From Epiperipatus broadwayi (Eukaryota > Animalia > Onychophora), in NCBI GenBank assembly GCA_028023455.1, contig JAQFVV010000008.1, positions 11,780,001 through 11,844,000 of the forward strand: a DNA stretch of 64,000 bases, written 5' to 3'. Positions 54,226 through 64,000 of the stretch are shown piece by piece (the stretch's first letter is position 1; the number at the start of each line of letters is the position of its first letter). Under the pieces are notes generated by a model. The model saw only the letters and a list, made by a program, of their open reading frames with translations, was not told the origin of the DNA and searched no databases. The position numbers were made by a program, and so were the translations under genes.

Positions 54226-56959
54226 ATATAATAATAATAATAATAATAGTGTACTCCAGAAGTAAAAATAAAAAGGCAGTTTTTAAAAATACAAGTAAAA
54301 AACGTTATGGGGGTTTTGATTAAAATACGGAAATAAGATAGATTGTTTTATATGATAACATTCATTAATTAAAATCTAAATCAAACATTCTCTAATTAAA
54401 GTCTAAAATAAGGATTTACTAATTGAAGTAAAGGACTGATAAGGATCAAGCGAAAGCAGAACAAAGGAGAAAAAGAAAGCGAAGCCGGGTAATTTTAAAA
54501 CACAGAATATATTTCCAGCTTGCTGTGTGACCGGAGTGGGAATCTTTATATAGAGAAAGGGATATACGAACAACGGAGGTATAACCCAGAACTAGCGGAG
54601 TCTGAAGGTTCCAAGATCCGTATAGGTAATTACATATCTTCTCGATCTTATTATTATTTTTGTACGCCTAAAATGGTTAATTTTGGAATACGGAATAATT
54701 AAAATATTAATAGACTTTAAGAAGAGGTTTTGGCAAACCGGCCATCTTAGAATAGAATTGTTAGTGGGGAAATCGGACACGCGATTATGTATATAATTTC
54801 TTATATGTGTTATGAACTCAAAATTGTTATAAACTAAAATATAAATAAATTGCTGTATTCTATTTGTAATAAAATTCTCTTTATTTATTTAATTTGTTAC
54901 ATGTGAATACAAAGCAGCCAGTAAAGACAAGACAATGCTGGAAGAAAAGAAGGAATATGAAAATATATATGAATAATCCATTAAAGCAAAATGAATATTT
55001 AGAATTTTGTAAACTGGTATGAAATAAAGTTAATAATGATGTAAGAAAATATAATTGTAAACTGGCAAGGAAAGCTATAAAAGAGAATATTTTGGCATTG
55101 GGATGAAAATTATTTCTGCATAAGATAGTATTACTAAAATGAAATGACAACATGAAATGTGTGGAAAAGTTTTATAAAGAATTCATAGAATTACATAGTA
55201 ATAAAGAAAAATAAAATATCTACAGTCATTATAACTCCTGAATTTCCCAGCCTTTTAAATAAAATAGTGTGACATGTAATTAAATCTATGAAAAAAAAAA
55301 ATCTCCAAGAAATAATGAAATTATTATCAATATTTTAGAAGAAATAGATGAATAAATAAAAAAATATTGGCAAAGTTATATACTAAATGTGTACTTAATA
55401 AAAATGTATCAGATAATAGGAAAAATGTAGTAATAATACTGATATTTAAAAAAAGATAAAGAAGATATTAGAAATTACAAATTAGCCTTATACAAAATCT
55501 TTACCAAGATAATTACAACCTACTTATAATGAACTTTGGATTCTAACCAACCAAAAGAACAAACTGGAATTAAAACTGGTTTTAGCACAGTGGAAGGACC
55601 AATAAATGTGTCATTACACTTTGGATTTAGATAATAAAAGACACTTGGATTCTATAAGCATTGATTAAAGTATTGATTCAATATACAGACCCAGAATATT
55701 GTCATATTCTGAAAAATATTTATCAAAATACAACAGCAATGACTAGATTTCATAATAATATTAGAAAAATTAACAGTGAAAAGAGTGTATGACGGAGTGA
55801 CTCCATATCTTTAAAACTTTTTGCAACTGTTTTGCAAGAAGTATTTTGTGGATTAAAATAGAAAACTAAGATAATAAAAATACAAGGATAATATTTAAAT
55901 TATTTAGATTTTGAAATTAGTTATGTGATTGTTTTTGCAAATAATATTTTAGTTTCAGAAAATGTTGCATGAAAGTTAGAAATAGGACTAAAGACAAATG
56001 TTAAAAAGACTAAAGCAATGTTCAATGAGTTTTCTTAGAAAATATAGATTAAAAATCATAAATTAGAAGAGGCTAATAACTTTAATCAAACTATTAACGC
56101 AGATAGAAACATATGGATTACATTAATGATAAAATTAAGCTTGGGAAGTGCTTTTGTAATATAAAAAAGAAATATACCTGTGTGCTTGAAAAGATAAGTT
56201 TTTCAGTAGATATGTTTATCAGTTCTTATTTATGGATCTGAGAATTGGACACTTAACATAAGCGCATGCAGAGATATCTACCACTCAACAAAATAATGGG
56301 AGATATACATTGTGAATGACAAGAAGAGATTGAGCACAAAATTACTAATATCAGTGAAAAAATTAAGAGATTGAAATGGAGCTTGGCTGGACTATTGCTG
56401 AAAGAAATGTTAATAAATGAATAAATAAAGCTTAATTGGATTCAAATAGATTGTAAAAGACATAGAAAGTGAATGCATGTGAGATGAATGGATAAAATAA
56501 GGAAGTTTACTGGATTTGGGGTAATTTTAATTGGTTATAATCTGAAAAAGAGATTATGAATCAGAGAAATTGATTAAATTTGGAGACCTTCATTCTACGA
56601 TGAATTAATAATGAATGAAAATGACCATGATAATGATATATATATAAAAAGAAAGAAATGGCAGTAGTATTGGTTAAAAATTCAAAAATTTACTTTAATC
56701 AACTGTTTAATTATTCATTGGCTGGATGTTTATATCATTTTCTTTTAATATTTCTATATATTTATTAAGCATCTTTACTTTGATCATTACAATATTTCTT
56801 TAGACTTAAATATTATTTTTTAAACGGTTGACCATTCTTCTATTTTTTTAATAAAAGTTTTTTAACAATATATTTTTAAAAAAATATATAGTCCACATAA
56901 TATTTTACGATTAAAAAAAAAAAAAATCTATGATTAAATCATTATCTTTATTCTTTGTC

Positions 56960-57350
56960 TCAATGGACACAACTTGTTAATTAATTCTTGCTTCGTTACT
57001 TAATACTAAATTCCTTATTTACATTCAAGCTAGTAAAGCTAAGATTGAGAAATATCAATATTTATTGCTTTTATAAGTAGCTGTTTTCATAAACTTGTTT
57101 TCAAAATAAATTTGCAATTTCTTAGAAGAAGAAAATCAAACCCCATAAAATGTATTTATAAAACCAGCAATTCTGGAATTTGATTTAAATCCTCTCCAAA
57201 TATTACCCTTTCTGTTTGTGAATGACATAAGTAATTAAGAAGTGAGTCTGAATTAAGGACTATCTTCGTCATTGAAATTATCTTTTCTTATCTGTCCATT
57301 TTCCAAAAGCACACTTGCTTTAGCTGTTATGACATCTTAAATTTCTCTGA
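56960..57350 (-). mobile_element. Highly decayed CR1/L2-type APE endonuclease fragment
   Basis: DSLLNYLCHSQTERVIFGEDLN (GDFN-like), LLVLINTF, KTAT..I.IFLN, LSNEARI (SDH-like), in APE order across frameshifts. Confidence 0.45.
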
Positions 57351-59585
57351 TCATTATTTCATATTTATTTTCCATTTGTTATAGTATTATTTACCAAGTA
57401 TTATAGTTAAAGTTTTGAAAATGATTATCTGCTGGAAAAAATATCAATTTTATGTCTTTTGTTTCTTTTTGTATTATAAATCATTTAATTTTCTAACTAA
57501 GAAAATTAGATTTTTTCCCCTCTCAGAATTACTTAAATTAGTTTTATATATTTTCTAAGTAAAAGAACATGATTTTAAAGCCAACGATAAAATATAAATA
57601 TTTTGTACATACGTACATATCACATTCCCATGTGGATCTATATAATTTATACAATTAAGTTTAATTAAATATTAACTGCCACAAATCTTTTTTTTTCCCC
57701 ATAAGTATTAGCCATTCGTCCAATTATCAGAATTATATATTAATCATATCTTTCCATAGCTATTTTATTATATTTTAGCCATTCTATAATATACTTTTTT
57801 TTAATGATACTTACATAATTATAATAAGATTTGATTTATATAAATTGCAAGAGATACTGCCCATAAACACAGAATTATTTTAGCTTAGCATTTATTTGGT
57901 TTCAGGAAAATAGCAAGATAATGGAATTCATGATGTGCAAAATTCCTATAGAAATATAATTAATATTTAATTGAGACATAGCCCAATAAAAATGTCTATT
58001 TTTAACAATGATATACATAATTTATATTTTTTTAAAGGTATATTATATTTATATAATATAGAGTATACTATAAAAAAAACATTAAAAAAAAAAAAAAGCA
58101 GGTTTTAACATTTCATTATTTTTAAAAACCAAAAGAAATTATCTCTTGACCCCCCCCCCCCCCCCCACACAATTTTTTTTTTTTTAACCCCTTTTACTAA
58201 TATTTTGACAATTTTAAAGAGATTCTGTTAAGATACTTTCTTGTTTCATAAATTTTGAAATTTATATATGTACAGTCTATAATACAGTACTTATTATTAT
58301 TGCTAATTATGATATATTACACAACAATATTGTAAAACAAATTAAAAGGCTAGCTCTATTATCATAAGCATAAAATGATTTACTATATTTAAAAATCATT
58401 TCACAAGTTTTTTCTTTCTTTTAAATTTAGCATTATGGCAAATGAATAAAGATCTCTAATAATGTTATTGGGAGATTTTCAAATGCAAACTTGCACTATT
58501 TTTTTTTTCTTTTGCAAATGAAAACATTGATAACATTTGTAACAATATCAACAAATTTTTAATAAATATTATTATTAAATATAACAATGACAGAAATAAA
58601 GTAATATTTTAATAGAAGTCCTTACCTGAAAACAAAAGATTAAAATAATTTATAAATGAATTCTGGTTTCAAGGTTTACATTCATAACATTTTCAAATAA
58701 TTATCTCGAAAGATTAACTGTTACATAATAGCGAATAATGATAATCTTTTTTTATTTTCAAATCACTAAAAAAAATAAAACTTATATTAACCAGTGAAAA
58801 TTAATTTCTGTTTTTCAATAAATACATTATTTTACAATTTAAAATAATATAGGGCAAAAATTGAATTAAATATTATCATGGATCGAGATATAAAGAAAGA
58901 AATAAGGGTGGACTTTCCAAGTAATAAATATGTTCAACATGATATTGCTAGATAATCACAAATTCAAATTGACAGTCCCATGCTGAAATACTTGTTCTAA
59001 TACCCAACAATTGCTTTGTCACTGAGCTTAAGAGACAAAAAGAGTTCTATTTTTTATCTCAAGCCCAAGATCTAATATATCTGAGACAAATCTCCATAGG
59101 AATAATAAACTCTAAATTTTTACACCTGTAATTATGATATTTAAAAGTAAATCAGTAATATGACTAATCAATTTAGTAAATATATATATATATTAAATTT
59201 TAAAATAATCAAGGAGCTTTAGCAACTTGGGATCAAAACAAAATTATTTTTTAGCATGTGATATTTTAAAAATATGCAGAACTTCTATTGTTTCTACAGA
59301 TTAAATGGAAGACAATGGAAATCACATAATAAATCTTTTTTAATAATTAAAGATTGTGCTTTAAATTTCTTTATTTCTAGTTAAATCTACCTTTCTTAAA
59401 GATAAAGATACTAATTTTTTTTAATTCACGACATACATATATAATTAGCAAAATTTAACATTTTTTTCTTTAATTACAACTATCTATAACCTAAGTACTC
59501 ACAGACTATTGCATCTATAAAATTTTTAAATATTTTCCAAGTATTCATTGAAAAAAAATATATGTAGAAAAAATATTCCACTAAC

Positions 59586-59679
59586 TTTTGTGCAAGATCT
59601 TCTGATGAAGTTGAAATGGTGTTATCACTTCCTTCACTACAAACTTTCATTAGCAGTGTATTATGTTCTGGAGAATGCT
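59586..59679 (-). CDS. KIAA0232: KIAA0232-like protein, internal coding exon (94 nt, phase 1 to phase 2)
   Basis: Acceptor ttctttttcag and donor AA|gttagt. Open frame HSPEHNTLLMKVCSEGSDNTISTSSEDLAQK joins in phase to the 36348 exon to give EDLAQKYYAAFPAL, matching human KIAA0232 DQVEMYYEAFPPL as recalled. Confidence 0.75.
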
Positions 59680-60579
59680 CTGAAAAAGAAATATATATAT
59701 ATGTTAAAAAATCTGCAATGAATCAGGTTTGATTATTTAGAAAAACATCTATCAATAATAACTTAAGACTGCTATGTACTTATGTTTATAAAAAAAATAT
59801 AACATCTACTGATAAAAATTCACTACAAAGCAATAACATTAAAAATAATAAGAAATGTGTTTATTTTCACACGAGTGTATGACTTTTTCCTTTTATATAT
59901 ATACAAAAAAACTTTTATTGCTTTGTATGCTAGTCCCATGTCCATGACATAATGTTCAAATGGAAATATATATATATATCATCACTAAAATTTTTAAAGT
60001 AAGCCAATATTTTTTTTTAGCCACTCTCCTGAAAATGAGTATTTTCTTAACTAGGAACGAGTATTTGCTTAACTAGAAAGATAAAAACTATCATCAGTTG
60101 GGAGTAAGCAAAAATCTAATTCTTTAATATTATTCCTCAACACTTATAGAGTTTAGACATGCAATGAATTATTTAAGATTATTGCTTTATTTTTTGTCAT
60201 ATAGTGATAATTTATATACAATATATTAATTTTTTTTTATGCAAGAATCAAAATAAGTTTTTCTTCAGTTTTTAATTTAGCTTTTCAAATGTTAACTCTA
60301 ATGCAATAAAAATTTGTTGCATATTTCAATTGCTCTTTTTGATCTAGGATAATGTTTCTCAACTGACTACATGCCATAGACCAATAAATTTTTAAATTTT
60401 TTTTATTATGATCTAATGAAACATAGATAAAAAATAAAAAAATGGATGAAAAGGCATGTGTTTTTATAGTCAAATACAATTATTGTAGTATTCAACAAAT
60501 TTAATATATACATATATTCAAAGAATAATAAAAAAATCATAGAATAATCGATAAAACTTTACAAAAGTAAATTAAAGTT

Positions 60580-60825
60580 GTAATTGATAATTTGTAAAGT
60601 GCATACTCATTACATAAATAATATATATCAAAGCTATAATCTTAAGACAATGTGCCTAAATGCAACAGTAGGAACCTTTACAAATCTAAACACAAGATTA
60701 ACAGTAGAGACCTCATCAAATCTAAACACAAGATTAACGCATTTTAGGTGCATTGTTTTAAGGTTATAGCTTTAATATACATTACTTAAGTAATGAGTAT
60801 GCGCTTTACAAATTATTAATTACAA
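60580..60825. mobile_element. MITE-like palindrome with an internal 21-bp duplication; partial second arm at ~61030-61118
   Basis: taattgataatttgtaaagtgcatactcattac / gtaatgagtatgcgctttacaaattattaatta arms; aaatctaaacacaagattaac occurs twice. Confidence 0.7.
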
Positions 60826-61279
60826 CTTTAAATTGTTTTAAAATCTATCTAATTATAAGAACTTCATACTGACTCATTGTAAATCAAAAGATTTCGCATA
60901 TGTTAGTTTGTATATAAATTGTGGACTTAATCAGTGAAGTAGTTAAAACCTTCACGCTTTCAAATCAAAATGCTTTAGATTCACCTATATCTTTAGAAAT
61001 TAGGTCAAAGATAAGGTTGGCCGCTCTTGTCTTTTAAAGTCGTTAATCTTGTGTTTAGATTTGTAGAGATCCCTACTGTCGTATTTTAGATGCATTGTCT
61101 TAAGGTTATAGCTTTAAAAGTAAATTAATTAACAAAATAATAAACTAATAATAAAATCTGAAGAAAAACATACAATAATATTTAAATAACTGAGCGAAAC
61201 CTAATTATAATTATAAAATCAAAAACTAATGCAATTACTGCTGATTCGTTTCAGTAATTAGCTTATCAAACCTTGGTTA

Positions 61280-63379
61280 TATATAAGTGACTGCTAAGCG
61301 CAAAGCTAGTTTATTAATAAATAATTTCTTTCTTTTGATTTTATGAGTGTCATTGCCGAAAAGGTTGATTCACATAAATATGTGCTCGAAAAGAGTAAAA
61401 CACTCTTAAGGCTTTTTCTTGTAATTCTGAATTTTGTTTTAATTTTAACCCAAAATTGAGCTATACTCGTCGAATTAAATAATAACTTTAATGTACCATC
61501 ACAACTTAAGTCTATTAATTTTTCCTGTTCAATAAATGGATTTAAAACCCACATATTGCCTTTCCATGTGTCTTCTTGTAAATAACATTGATCAAAAGCA
61601 GTCCTATTAAATATCCATAAACAGTATTTTTCAATTCGCTGGTATTTATATCAACTTCATTTATCCATTCTGAAAATAAATAAAACATGTCATAGTTTTT
61701 TTCTGCTACATGCTTAAACCATAGCTTTAACTTTTTCTTGAATGCCTCAATTTTATTCCATAAATCAAAAATTGTGCTATTTCCTTTCAGATTTAAATTT
61801 AGTTTATTTCTTAATAGAAATATGTCTGGTAAGCAAGCCAGTTTAGCAAACAAATTGTTGTCACAAAAAATATTTTTCAATTCTGATCTTTTTGTTTCTA
61901 GAAATGTTTTAACTGCTTTTCTTAATTTATAAAGTCCTGTTAATATTTTCCTTCTCAACCAATCATCATACTCCTGCATGAAGTAGTAAATTTTCATGTC
62001 CAGATCCCATTTCAATGCATAAATTTGAAAATAGTCTTGAATACAGTGCATTTAATATAATTTATTATTTTTATCACTGCTTGTGATGTATATATAATGA
62101 GTAAAAATCATTTTGTTGTCCACTACTTCTTTAATTTTTTTACAACTACTGAATGTTTTAGTCATACTTTCCACTCCATCAGTAAATAAGCCAACACAAT
62201 TTTTCCAATTGGATGAGTTCTTTTCAATATAATTATCAACTGCTTTAAATATATCCAACTTAGTTGTGTAATTAGGAAGTTCAACACAACAAAAAAATTA
62301 TTTTATATAATTGATTTAATTCATAATCAATATAACGAACATAACATAAAAGTATGGCTTTATTTATAACATCTGCAGATTCATTTATTTGAATTGCAAA
62401 CAATGATTTGCTTTCTTTTTTGAATTAATTGATCTTTAATATCAGTCACTAATTCACTAAATCTTCATTGAATAGTATCATTAAAAGTGGCAAAGTTTTC
62501 TTTTTGTCTCCAGCAAATATGCCTAGGATTTCAAATATATAGCTATTAAACATGGTTTAATTAAGTTTTGGCAATAGAATACTGCTGCTTGCATTTAACA
62601 ATTCTTAGAGCAACTAATTATGATATTTTTATGAAAGACTTATTGATTAAAATAAATTTTTTGAAAGATGATTTTGTATTTCAATTCAGCACTTTTACGT
62701 TTAAAAAAAAATTCAATGGCTTATTTTGTAGATTTGAATGTTTGGTCTGTAAATGATGCATTAATTTTGCTGGCATCATACATTCATTGGATATAATTTC
62801 TTTGCAAATAATGCATTGAGCTTGAAGCAAATCATTTTGTCAATAAATAATATTTTAATTAGCATTCAAAGTACTTAGTTTTTCAAAAAAGTCTGCAATA
62901 GTTTTTGATGTTTTCTTGTTATTATTCATTTTTAAATGGCTAAAATTAATCAAAAAAGTAAATGTCAAATATTTAATATATTTTAATTCTGATTGACTGG
63001 TTATGGAAAATTACATAGTACATACAACCTACAACTGTTACATTATTTTTGTACATAGCAATATCCGCCTCAGCATATGAAGTGCACATGTGCAAAGTTT
63101 GTTAATGGAACAGTGTTTTTACTGTGAGATGACTGATACTAAGAATTAAAAACTTTTTTGTATTTCTTGTTGTGTTTTGTTACTTAGTTTATTTTCTGTG
63201 AATTCTATGAATAAAACAATTAACAAATAAAAGAAAATATTAGAACTGAATTAAAGATAAATTTAATAAAATTAGTCATAATTTAAAAGATTGTAAAATA
63301 ATATATAAATACGAACAAAATTATAAGTTTTTTGTGAACCACTAAAATTTTTCTGCACACCACCAGTTGAAAAATACTG
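61280..63379 (-). mobile_element. Decayed hAT transposon (Buster/Charlie, ZBED5/SCAND3-like transposase)
   Basis: LQINESAD, WKNCVGLFTDG, LNLNLKG...IEAFKKKLKLW and dimerisation motif FSSTYLCESTFSAMTLIKSKERN. 5' terminus CAGTATTTTTCAACTGGTGG resembles a Charlie TIR; other TIR not found. Confidence 0.85.
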
Positions 63380-64000
63380 ATCTAAAAAAATTAACTCCAT
63401 ATAAGTATAATTTATTTTTCCCTTTTAACTCCATCATTCCTCAAACTATCATTTTATTGCACTGTTAATCATGACAAATCAGAATATTTTCCTTCATGGA
63501 TATTTTTTTAACAAATTAAAACATTACACAGAACTTTTTGCTCTCCATTCTTTTCTTTGAATTAAGAAAAAACTTGGAAACATTGTTTGTCGAGACCAAT
63601 GCTTCATTATAGACTATTATGAAATTTTAATTCATTACAAGTGCTTTTGTGCACACTATTCATTACCCTGATTTATTTATAAGTTATTTCTATTATTGTT
63701 TTGTTCAAGTTACAATATAGTAATAAAAGGAAGAGAAAATGGTAAACTTGAATTTGCACCAAAATTTGCTGCGAATTATGAAAAATTGACTACAAGTAAA
63801 AACATTCAAGAAATAACATTACATTGCATCTTTAATATGTACGTCACATGTATATCATGTGCACAATATAATGAATTGTGAAGTGTTTAGATCTTAAAAA
63901 TTCTATTTCAAATTGAGATGGAAAAATTGGCACAAAATAAATGTCAATTAAATATTTTATTTGAAAATAGTCTTAAAATATATAAAATTTTGAATCTTAT

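Larger units (their letters stand above)
50635..54916 (+). mobile_element. Ty3/gypsy (Mag-like) LTR retrotransposon lacking RT
   Basis: LTRs 50635-51376 and 54152-54916; TSD GCCAG (50630-34, 54917-21); PBS TGGCGCAGTC resembles tRNA-Ser; PPT AAGGGGAGGAA. Confidence 0.93.
49420..56640 (+). mobile_element. Decayed RTE LINE with an internal tandem triplication, split by the Ty3/gypsy insertion
   Basis: APE remnants at 49.4-49.8 kb; linker repeats at 49780/50101/50456; RT remnants at 55.3-56.4 kb; RTE-type 3' end near 56580-56640. Confidence 0.75.

Noticed and set aside
56960-57350. Apparent viral superfamily-1 RNA helicase relic (DE...VIFGEDLNQIP resembles the tobamovirus-type GDxxQIP motif)
   Set aside because: No Walker A motif upstream. 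The order of GDFN-like, T..ID.IF-like and SDH-like motifs fits a decayed LINE APE endonuclease better. A profile search would settle it.
988-63881. The many 60-95 aa ORFs rich in F/I/L/K/N
   Set aside because: Expected by chance in very AT-rich DNA, or antisense/fragment frames of the LINE, LTR and hAT relics.
63696-63881. Plus-strand ORF (VIKGRENGKLEFAPKFAANYEK...) as an exon
   Set aside because: No clean splice sites or recognisable homology; adjacent sequence looks like decayed LINE.

Overview
Strongly AT-rich, CpG-depleted animal DNA (probably arthropod; the species cannot be determined from sequence alone). The backbone is a minus-strand KIAA0232-like gene. Three phase-compatible coding exons are supported (59586-59679, 35801-36348, 24113-26202); its N-terminal exons lie beyond the window and its last exon is unresolved. 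Introns and flanks are filled with transposon remains: many decayed RTE LINEs, a young 5'-truncated CR1-type RT, an RTE-X-like LINE, a hAT (Buster/Charlie-like) transposase relic, several foldback/MITE palindromes, and two LTR elements with both LTRs, PBS, PPT and TSD. One LTR element is gag-only with 1.7-kb LTRs; the other is a Ty3/gypsy with an in-frame deletion of the whole RT domain. The best novel candidate is a non-coding ~455-bp repeat family (4 insertions) carrying a minimal type I hammerhead ribozyme with a palindromic stem III. It has a recurrent inverted-arm architecture and a shared terminus, suggesting a Penelope-like pLTR or retrozyme family. A CpG-retaining island at ~16-18.2 kb with a chain of plus-strand exon-like segments may be an unannotated antisense or convergent gene. 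No CRISPR, rRNA or intact tRNA gene is supported. Protein-family calls rest on recalled motifs, not database searches, and boundaries of decayed repeats are approximate.
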